A program made the translations under genes and the position numbers. A model generated the notes under the pieces. The model was not told where the DNA came from. It saw nothing but the letters and a program-made list of their open reading frames with translations, and did no database searches. A stretch of 64,000 bases of DNA, taken from the NCBI GenBank assembly GCA_965116925.1, contig OZ220744.1:4448001-4512000 (forward strand), read 5' to 3'. Origin of the DNA: Candidatus Poribacteria bacterium. GTDB taxonomy: Bacteria; Poribacteria; WGA-4E; PCPOR2b. This document shows, piece by piece, positions 39,631-47,601 of this stretch (positions within the stretch are counted from its first letter, which is position 1; the number at the start of each line of letters is the position of its first letter).

Positions 39631-41280
39631 ATGGCTGCAAAAACATTAAAATATGGCGGCAATACACTCGCCTTTATTCTCGTTGTATTTGGCATTGTTG
39701 CGTTGGTCAATTTCCTATCAAGCCGTCGTTTTATTCGGGCAGACCTCACAGCGGAGAAGCGATATACAATTTCGCAATCGACCAAAAAAGTCCTCGATCG
39801 ACTAGACGACATTGTGACGATTGATGCCTATTTTTCACGGCAGCCATCGCGCGTTGCCCAGATTCGCCAATCCGTCCGCGATATGCTTGAGGAATATCGT
39901 GCCTTTTCCAAAAATTTGCAGATCAACTTTATTGACCCTGCGGCAGAGGACGAAGCCGAAAAGCAGAAACTTCGGTTTATGGGGATCCCTGAAGTACAGG
40001 TGAACGTCATTGAGAAGGACAAAGCAGAAGTCGCTAACGTGTATATGGGTATCGCAGTCCTCTATGAGGATAAAAAAGAGGTTCTCTCAGTCGTCCAAAC
40101 AACCGCCAACCTTGAGTATGACTTGACCTCTGCAATTCTTAAGGTAACGAGCGAAGAGGTGAAAACGGTCGGGTTTCTCTCGGGACATGATGAGATAGAT
40201 GTTTTCGATCAAGCGTTTGGGCCGCTACGTCAAGAGTTGAGCAAACAGTACGATGTACGGAAAGTACCGATCGACGCTGGCAAAGCGATTGATCCGGATG
40301 TCGCAACATTAATTATCGCAGGACCGAAAAAAGAGCTGACGGAACGTGAAAAATATGAGATTGATCAATTCATCATGCGAGGTGGCCGGGCACTATTTCT
40401 AATCGATCCGATCCTTATCCAATATGAGGGGCTGAGTGTGAATCCTTTGAAAACAGGGTTGAATGATCTGTTGGAACACTACGGCGTCAAACTCAACGAT
40501 AACCTTGTGCTTGATGTCTCCATGGGTCAGCTTACCTACTCACAGGGGTTCATGACGGTAACAACAGGCTACGCCTATTTCATCAAGGTGCTAAAGCAGT
40601 ATCAATACCGCACCGGGGAGACCTCAGAGGGATTATCGAAGGACAGTATTATCACGAACCAGTTGGAGAGCTTAACGTTGCCTTGGACAAGTTCGCTTGA
40701 ACTGATCCCGCAAGGGGACCCATCTGTTGAAACAATTGCGCTGGCCAAAACCAGCAGGGGAGGTTGGACAGCGCAAAGTCCCTACAACATCAGCCCGACG
40801 AATCGCCAATTCCAACCGCCGGCTTCCATGCAGCAAGTGCATACCGTTGCGGTGTCGCTCTCAGGAACGTTCAAGAGCTTTTATGCAGGTAAAGATATTC
40901 CACCGGCCGAATATAGTGAATCCGACGAAGCGGTGACGGCTAAACCGGCGGAGGAAGAGCGAACGACAAGGACCGATGGCGAAGCGACCCAAATCGTTGT
41001 GGTTGGAAACTCCCAATTTCTACAACAGGGGCAACAGGACGGTCGGCTCTTTTTCCTGAATACGGTAGACTGGCTTACGCTCGGCGAAGAACTGATTAAC
41101 ATAAGATCTCACGGCACCACAAACCGCCCATTGAAAGAGATCTCCGAAAGTGAAAAATTCTTCCTCAAGTTTATAAGCATTGCTGGTGTGCCGCTTCTTG
41201 TCATCGCCTTTGGACTGGTTCGATTTTTCTTGAGAAGGAGGGCGAAACGTTTGGTTGAAGCGTATGGATCAGCGTCATAA
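39631..41280 (+). CDS. GldG-like ABC auxiliary component
   Basis: DLTAEKRYTIS, LEYDLT, GHDE, FFLNTVDWL, C-terminal TM helix. Confidence 0.88.
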   Translation: MAAKTLKYGGNTLAFILVVFGIVALVNFLSSRRFIRADLTAEKRYTISQSTKKVLDRLDDIVTIDAYFSRQPSRVAQIRQSVRDMLEEYRAFSKNLQINFIDPAAEDEAEKQKLRFMGIPEVQVNVIEKDKAEVANVYMGIAVLYEDKKEVLSVVQTTANLEYDLTSAILKVTSEEVKTVGFLSGHDEIDVFDQAFGPLRQELSKQYDVRKVPIDAGKAIDPDVATLIIAGPKKELTEREKYEIDQFIMRGGRALFLIDPILIQYEGLSVNPLKTGLNDLLEHYGVKLNDNLVLDVSMGQLTYSQGFMTVTTGYAYFIKVLKQYQYRTGETSEGLSKDSIITNQLESLTLPWTSSLELIPQGDPSVETIALAKTSRGGWTAQSPYNISPTNRQFQPPASMQQVHTVAVSLSGTFKSFYAGKDIPPAEYSESDEAVTAKPAEEERTTRTDGEATQIVVVGNSQFLQQGQQDGRLFFLNTVDWLTLGEELINIRSHGTTNRPLKEISESEKFFLKFISIAGVPLLVIAFGLVRFFLRRRAKRLVEAYGSAS

Positions 41281-41312
41281 AATCCGGCTTCATCGTCAAT
41301 TCAGGTGAGATC

Positions 41313-42314
41313 ATGAAAATAAAACAACTTTTAGTCTTGATTGGTGTGCTTGTCGTTTTAGGTTTATTGGTCCTGATATTCGAGAATCCGTTCGGCAAAA
41401 GTGAGGAGCAGAAGAAGGTTGAGGAGGCTGGACTGCTGTTTCCATACTTTAACAAGGAGAACGTCGCGAAAATCGAGATCATCTCCGCATTTGGGTTGAC
41501 AACCACGATCCTTGTCAAACAGGCAGATCTGTGGCTTGTGGAGACAATGGATAACTATCCCGCTGATCAGACGGCTGTTAAGGAATTGCTTGATAAGGTT
41601 GCCGAGATGAAAACGGTTCAGCGCGCATCCTCAAACCCGGAGAAGCAAGCTGTCTTTGAAGTCGACAGTTCTGGCGTTGAGGCTAAACTCATTGACACAA
41701 GTGGCAACGTCCACGCACACCTATTTGCCGGGAAGACAACTCCAGGAATCTTTTACAGCTATGTCCGCGCTGCAGATTCTAACGATGTCTATATCGTCAA
41801 CGGACATCTGAAATCCACCTTTGATAAAGGCTATCGTTCGTGGCGGGATCGGACGATTTTTTCTTTTCTTAAGGAGGATGTAACCCACTTGACAATCAGA
41901 TCGGAGGAGGAAGAGATCGAGCTGCAGATTGATGCTGCGGGCGTGTGGCAGATGCTTAAACCGATCGTCTCTGCTGCCGATGGAACGGAGGTCGAGGCAA
42001 TCACGGAGTTGATGAGTTCGTTGGAGACCGACGATTTTGCAGAAGCGAAAGAGCTTTCAGAGTATGGACTTGATGTACCGAAGATGTCAATCACTGCCAC
42101 GCTCAAGGATGGGTCAGCGAGAACACTCCTGATTGGGGTGGAGGAAAGTGGGGCATATTACGTGAAGCGCGGGGACAAAGTGCAGATCTTTGAACTGAAC
42201 AAGGGGCGTGTGGATAAGCTGATCAAGAAGTCAGCGGATCTGAAATCTGAAACCTCTGTCTCAGAATCTGGCAGCGAAGAGGCTTCCATAACGCTGGATG
42301 GCGCAGGGGAATAA
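41313..42314 (+). CDS. DUF4340 domain protein
   Basis: N-terminal anchor; two repeats with YPAD, WRDRTIF, EYGLD; usual fourth gene of GldAFG-like operons. Confidence 0.8.
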   Translation: MKIKQLLVLIGVLVVLGLLVLIFENPFGKSEEQKKVEEAGLLFPYFNKENVAKIEIISAFGLTTTILVKQADLWLVETMDNYPADQTAVKELLDKVAEMKTVQRASSNPEKQAVFEVDSSGVEAKLIDTSGNVHAHLFAGKTTPGIFYSYVRAADSNDVYIVNGHLKSTFDKGYRSWRDRTIFSFLKEDVTHLTIRSEEEEIELQIDAAGVWQMLKPIVSAADGTEVEAITELMSSLETDDFAEAKELSEYGLDVPKMSITATLKDGSARTLLIGVEESGAYYVKRGDKVQIFELNKGRVDKLIKKSADLKSETSVSESGSEEASITLDGAGE

Positions 42315-42379
42315 ATCCCTCCTCTCCTTCCAATGGTGGCGCAAGTTTCCTAACCTGCGACGACGACTACCAAGACCTC

Positions 42380-42413
42380 AGAAACCGAGCTTTTGCCAAA
42401 AACTCGGTTTTTC
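42380..42413. repeat. Palindromic repeat or bidirectional terminator between convergent genes
   Basis: AGAAACCGAGCTTTT-gcc-AAAAACTCGGTTTTT. Confidence 0.5.
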
Positions 42414-42419
42414 TATTCC

Positions 42420-43658
42420 TTAAAGCAGCATCAAGACCTCTTCTTGAGCGGGGAGGGTTGTCACAACTACGCCTTCAGATGTGAGATCCGCTATAAAGAC
42501 ATTAATCTCAGTCCTAACGCCGAACTTGGGGAGGTAGATTCCCGGTTCAATCGAGAAGCAGACACCGGGGATTAGCGCACGCTCGTCTTTCGTTTCCAGA
42601 TTGTCGATATTGACGCCGTTGCCGTGTATCTCTGTCCCGATGCTATGTCCGGTCCGGTGGATAAAAAACTCGCCATACCCTCTCTGTGTTATGTAGCTTC
42701 GCACCAAATCATCGACAGCATAGCCGTAAACCGCCTCACCCGTCGCGAAGCTCTCCCGGATAAACGAAACAGCGAGATCTCGCGCATCACGGACGATCTC
42801 GAATACCTCGACATAGCGTTGAGGGGCGTTCGTGCCGGCGTAGGCAACCCAGGTCGTGTCCGCATAGACGGCGTCCGGCGCCTTCTGCTTTGCCCATAAA
42901 TCAATCAGTACGAAATCCCCCGGCTGGATAGGTTGGTGTTGATCCGCTGTCGGATAGTAGTGCGGATCGCTAGCTTTTGCGTTGACCGCCACAATTGGCG
43001 GGTGTCCCGGTATCAGATCCTCAGCGTCAAAGCGTTCCATGATGAAACTTTGCACATCATACTCCGTTACCGGTGTTCCATCGCGTAACCGTTTTCGCAA
43101 CCACGCAAACGCCTCGTCTTTAATTTCCAGTATCAGATGTGCCGATTCCAGATGTCCAGCAAACTGATCGGCGTTCCAGCGTGCTTCGGACTGTTGCACT
43201 AGATCCGCGGAGGAGACCACTTCAATCCCCAAAGAGCGTATCAATTCAACTGTGCCGGCGTCCACCCTCGAAATGTAAGGGATGGCAGCAAAAGGGGAAT
43301 ATTCCATCGCAACGCGACTACTATCCGCGAGGATGGTTTCCATCTCACGTTGTAGTTCACCCCAATCGGTATAGCTCCTGACTTCGCCGAGAACGTCGGT
43401 AAAATGGGAAACTTCAATCCGGTGGACGAGCCATATCGGCATTCCCTCCGATGGAATATAGCAGAACCAACGTCGGGTGATACCGGGATCATCAATGCCA
43501 GCGACGTTTCGTGCAATTGGATTTGACCCCCGAAAATCGTACAGCAACCAACCGTCGAGCTGCTTTGAATCCCGATCCTTGCGTCGAGAATGCTTTGAAT
43601 TTCGCTGAGATCCACTTCGCTTCTCGGTGAGAAAGTGTTGAATTTCCTCAATGTTCAT
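42420..43658 (-). CDS. Xaa-Pro aminopeptidase (M24) family
   Basis: DGWLLYDF, LIDLW, YADTT, HRTGHSIG, SIEPGIY, GVRTE; ATG overlaps upstream TAA. Confidence 0.92.
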   Translation of the reverse strand: MNIEEIQHFLTEKRSGSQRNSKHSRRKDRDSKQLDGWLLYDFRGSNPIARNVAGIDDPGITRRWFCYIPSEGMPIWLVHRIEVSHFTDVLGEVRSYTDWGELQREMETILADSSRVAMEYSPFAAIPYISRVDAGTVELIRSLGIEVVSSADLVQQSEARWNADQFAGHLESAHLILEIKDEAFAWLRKRLRDGTPVTEYDVQSFIMERFDAEDLIPGHPPIVAVNAKASDPHYYPTADQHQPIQPGDFVLIDLWAKQKAPDAVYADTTWVAYAGTNAPQRYVEVFEIVRDARDLAVSFIRESFATGEAVYGYAVDDLVRSYITQRGYGEFFIHRTGHSIGTEIHGNGVNIDNLETKDERALIPGVCFSIEPGIYLPKFGVRTEINVFIADLTSEGVVVTTLPAQEEVLMLL

Positions 43659-44806
43659 TAATCTCTCCTCTGCTGTCGCATCTGTTCCATATACCACTCC
43701 CTACCCAAAATATTTTTCTTATAATGCCAGCGTGACTGCTGTGGCTGCATCACTAGACTTCGATCCTCAATGGGAAACTTCACAGGGGTGTGTCCTCGCC
43801 TGTGGGATTCCCTCAAGCCGATGGCTATCTCTAACGCATGGCGTAAGTCGTCTCCGGTGGTTATCTTGAGCGGGGCACCCGTTTCCAGTGAATCGACAAT
43901 CGCCTGAACGATCCCTTTCATCGGTGTGCCTGGATCGAGCCATCCTTCGTCGTCGTAACCTCGTTCCGTCGTGTCATATTCTTCAAACAAACCTTTGACT
44001 TCTCTAAGCTCGGCGGGTCCCCGCTGGGTGTTATTGTTCTTCAAGAGATGGAGACCAAGACCAGTGTTGTTCCAGTTATATATCACTCCCTTGGAACCGA
44101 TGATCTCAATGCCCTTCCACCCGATCTCCTTGTAGTTGCTGAAGCACTCTACCCCGTTGGAGAAGCGGATGTAACCGCCGATCTTTCCGAATCCGGTCTT
44201 AGCCTCATCGTACGGATGTTCGTGGTCGCTGAAGGGATCACCGTCCACCCAGCCGACTACCCAATCGACGGGTGCCTTGCCTGCGAACTTGCGGGCTAAG
44301 TTAAGCCCATGACACCCACCCTGATTGTTAGGGCTATACAGGTCAATCCGCTGGATTTCGCCTATCTCACCGGCTGCGACCAATTCGTAGGCTTTCTGGT
44401 AATCTGGATGGCTTGAGATGACAAGTCCTGCGGCGAAGTGAATGCCACGCGAGCGGCATGCCTCCACCATGCGGTCGGCATCTTTGAGGCTAGCGGTGAG
44501 TGGTTTCTCGCAGAAAATTGCCTTGACACCTGCCTCCGCTGAAGCGACAACAGCATCGGCGTTGGGGCGTACCGGCAGGACCGGCATCGCAATATCGATC
44601 TGCTCGCTCTTAAACATCTCGTCGAAGGTGTTGTAGCCCGGAACATTGAAATGTCTACAACCTAGTGCTAAATTTTCGGGATCGGTGTCGGCGATGGCGA
44701 CGACCCCACACAACGGATGGAGGTCGAAAGCACGGGCGCGGCCTGTGCCTGCCCTCCCGCAGCCGATGACGCCAACGCGATATTTGGGATCTTTGGAATT
44801 GGGCAT
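43658..44806 (-). CDS. Gfo/Idh/MocA family oxidoreductase
   Basis: GVIGCGRAG, IFCEKP. Confidence 0.88.
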   Translation of the reverse strand: MPNSKDPKYRVGVIGCGRAGTGRARAFDLHPLCGVVAIADTDPENLALGCRHFNVPGYNTFDEMFKSEQIDIAMPVLPVRPNADAVVASAEAGVKAIFCEKPLTASLKDADRMVEACRSRGIHFAAGLVISSHPDYQKAYELVAAGEIGEIQRIDLYSPNNQGGCHGLNLARKFAGKAPVDWVVGWVDGDPFSDHEHPYDEAKTGFGKIGGYIRFSNGVECFSNYKEIGWKGIEIIGSKGVIYNWNNTGLGLHLLKNNNTQRGPAELREVKGLFEEYDTTERGYDDEGWLDPGTPMKGIVQAIVDSLETGAPLKITTGDDLRHALEIAIGLRESHRRGHTPVKFPIEDRSLVMQPQQSRWHYKKNILGREWYMEQMRQQRRD

Positions 44807-44830
44807 ATTCTCTCCTCGGTGAACTCGGTT

Positions 44831-45880
44831 TTAAACACCTGTAAACGCCTTGGGTTTGTCTTCCGATTTGACGGATCGGGTCCGTTTTGCCTCCCGTTGT
44901 GGGAATTTCAGGTCTCCGGCAAGCCCTACGCCGATACCGCAGAGTATCACCGCCCCGCCGATGATCTGCGCGGTCATTGGGATTTCACCGAGTATCAGGA
45001 ATGCGAAGATGACCCCAGCAATTGGTGAAAATGCAGAGGCTAACGAAATATCAGCCGGTGTGACTCGTTTGATCCCCGAAAACCAGCAGAGTTGACCGCC
45101 AACGACAATAACGCTCCCGTACAACGCCATCCATCCCCAGAGAACGGGTCTGAAAAGATCCATAAAGTGTCCTGGGCCAAGCATAATGAGCACGACGACC
45201 AGAAAGATGATCGAGCCGACAAAATTGCGGAAAACGCTGAAGACCCCCAAAGGGATTGATCGAAGTTGCTTACGCCCGAGTTCTGCCCCAAGCACTAGAA
45301 GAAATGTGCCAACCGTTGCGTAGATTTCGCCGCGTCCAATACCGCCGCTCATTTGACCTTGCTGCATCATTTCGCTGGGTTGACCCGTCTGTAACCAGAG
45401 GGTTGTTGCGACGCCGCCCAGAGCCAGAAACGCACCGATGACCGCGCTCCAACTCGATTTCTCCCGGTATAATAGCCACGCCAAGAATAGACCCAGTGGG
45501 ATTTCGACTGTTTCGATCAGCACAATGTTTGTGACCGAGGTTCGTTCAATGGCTTGGAACATCAGCGACGGTGCCAATGCGCCTGATGTAGCCGCCAAGA
45601 TAAGCTGTATAAGCCACTGTTTGGGGGTCAGTTTTTTGAGTTTGGAGGGTCGCCAGTCTCTGTGGAAGATGATCAATAGCGTCAGTCCAGCGACGACGTT
45701 TCCGGCGAATAGCAGGTTGCAGAACGCTATCGGATTCCGTCCGTCGAGCAGCGCGTTTTCGCCGATCATTATCAACTTGGCGACCACCGCCGAGGCGGCA
45801 CCGAATATCAGGATCGCGAGCCATAGGTAGATTTTTCCTTTTTTGGATTCGGTGGAATCTATTTCGGGGTTTTGTGTCAT
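44831..45880 (-). CDS. DMT/EamA family transporter
   Basis: About 10 TM helices in two EamA repeats; LGEIP..QIIGG. Confidence 0.88.
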   Translation of the reverse strand: MTQNPEIDSTESKKGKIYLWLAILIFGAASAVVAKLIMIGENALLDGRNPIAFCNLLFAGNVVAGLTLLIIFHRDWRPSKLKKLTPKQWLIQLILAATSGALAPSLMFQAIERTSVTNIVLIETVEIPLGLFLAWLLYREKSSWSAVIGAFLALGGVATTLWLQTGQPSEMMQQGQMSGGIGRGEIYATVGTFLLVLGAELGRKQLRSIPLGVFSVFRNFVGSIIFLVVVLIMLGPGHFMDLFRPVLWGWMALYGSVIVVGGQLCWFSGIKRVTPADISLASAFSPIAGVIFAFLILGEIPMTAQIIGGAVILCGIGVGLAGDLKFPQREAKRTRSVKSEDKPKAFTGV

Positions 45881-45929
45881 GGGGGTTATTATAACCTAAA
45901 TTGCTGGTTTGGTAAAGAGGCAATAAAAA

Positions 45930-46002
45930 TAGGGAACAACGATTGTTGTTCCCTACGGGCTCCCTGATGGTGCCCCTGCTGTAGTTGCCCGATTCATCGG
46001 GC
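45930..46002. repeat. Cluster of REP-like palindromes
   Basis: TAGGGAACAACGATTGTTGTTCCCTAC and GTAGTTGCCCGATTCATCGGGC. Confidence 0.7.
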
Positions 46003-46241
46003 GTTGGAAACGATGTCCTACGGCGATGAAGTACCGAATTACAGGGCTTGGGGCGTTCAACTGCACAACTCCTAACCTAGCAACTTGGGTTAGTATAGTT
46101 TAAGATATTGATATAATCAGAATTGCCTCGTCAATAACAATTCGATCTGTCCAGTTCTGCAGAGATTCGGATTGCATACGTTTACCCTCCTTTTTGGTTC
46201 CAACTGTATCAGATTGCGTTTAATTCAATAGGATGTCACCC

Positions 46242-47069
46242 CTAGAAAAAGGGGTTATGCGCTTTTTCTTCGCCGACGGTTGTAGCAGGACCGTGTCCGG
46301 GAAAGAGTTTCGTATTGTCGGGCAGTGAGAGCAGGTAATTCTTGACACCGGAGAGTAGATCGGTGTACGAAATATTCGCACCGCCGACGGATCCCGCAAA
46401 TAGCGCGTCGCCGACAATCACTGTGGAACGGGTGTGGAAGCTGCAACCGCCGGGCGTGTGTCCGGGGGTGTCGAGCGTTTTCACAGAGAGGTTACCGACC
46501 GCCACGTCATCTCCATGACTTAGGAGTCGAAATTGTTGGGTGCTGCGCGGCTGTGGTTCCCGTGCATGGATGTATGTCGGGCAGCCTGTCGCCCGTTCGA
46601 CCTCCATCAAACCGTTGGCGTGATCGCCGTGGGCGTGGGTCAGCAGGATTGAGGTCGGCTTGACGCCGGTCTCTTCCACCTTCTGCAGCACATCGTCTGG
46701 GTGCGCAGCGGTGTCGATGATGGCAGCCTCATTGGTCGCTTTGCAGACTAGTAGGTACGCATGGACGGGCCAGCCGCCAACATCGGCGGTAATAGTGACA
46801 ACTTCTAAAGCGTCGTCGTAGCCCGGTGGGACAGGTTGGGGTCCCCAGCGTTCCATCGCAATGTCCGCCAATCGTGCGCCGTTGAGATTGAGGCATTCTG
46901 CGATTTTGTGGACTTGGTCTTCTGTCGGTTCCAGTGTGTAGTCTTCCATCTGAGACAGTTGTGCCTCTGTGATGCTTGTTTGGGCAGCAACGTCGCTAAC
47001 GCTCAGACCGTTCCCACGTCTTGCCTTGCCGATGATGTCTCCGAATTCGTCTTCAAGTGTGTAAGCCAT
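46242..47069 (-). CDS. MBL-fold metallo-hydrolase with N-terminal XRE-type HTH
   Basis: THAHGDH, TPGHT, GDALF, PGHGP; N-terminus ARRGNGLSVSDVAAQTSITEAQLSQME. Confidence 0.88.
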   Translation of the reverse strand: MAYTLEDEFGDIIGKARRGNGLSVSDVAAQTSITEAQLSQMEDYTLEPTEDQVHKIAECLNLNGARLADIAMERWGPQPVPPGYDDALEVVTITADVGGWPVHAYLLVCKATNEAAIIDTAAHPDDVLQKVEETGVKPTSILLTHAHGDHANGLMEVERATGCPTYIHAREPQPRSTQQFRLLSHGDDVAVGNLSVKTLDTPGHTPGGCSFHTRSTVIVGDALFAGSVGGANISYTDLLSGVKNYLLSLPDNTKLFPGHGPATTVGEEKAHNPFF

Positions 47070-47156
47070 TGTTGATTATCTCCTTTGTTGGGGTTAAATA
47101 AAAGTATTAAAACATCCGCGAATTAACGCGAATCTTTGCGAATAAAAAAGAAAGAC

Positions 47157-47263
47157 TATAGTAGATTTTAGAATTAATGAGACACTCAAAACCGGCGCAG
47201 TTGGAAACAGCACCTACCAAACATGGGGGCGAAAGTGTCTCTTTATTTTTTGAATTCACTATA
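47157..47263. mobile_element. MITE-like element type A, copy 2
   Basis: Near-copy of 24628-24735 with the same inverted ends. Confidence 0.75.
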
Positions 47264-47427
47264 AAAGCAACTTGTAGTTGCCCTATTGTAGATGGATTTT
47301 CTAAAATCGACATTTGAGTGTCGAGATATGATCCTCGACCTACTTTACAGAATTTTTGTAAAAAGTGTTAGATTTTGTTAGATTTTGACAATTTGAATTG
47401 TCCCAAGCACAAAACATCAGTTCAAGT

Positions 47428-47565
47428 TATAGTAGATCTTAGAATTAATGAGACACTCCCAATGCACAGCTAACCCCCTAAATCCCCCTTATCAGGGGGA
47501 CTTTGGAAACCTCGCCAAGGTCGGAGTTATTGGTAAATGTCTACTTATTTATCTCATTCACCATA
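47428..47565. mobile_element. MITE-like element type B, copy 1
   Basis: Same TATAGTAGATCTTAGAATTAATGAGACAC end as type A, different core; near-copy at 52908-53045. Confidence 0.75.
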
Positions 47566-47601
47566 ATTTTGTATTAAGTGGCAGCTTGAGCATAAAACTA
47601 C

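Noticed and set aside
37803..42314. Gliding motility system
   Set aside because: GldAFG-like ABC operons with DUF4340 are widespread in non-gliding bacteria, and no other gld genes are present.
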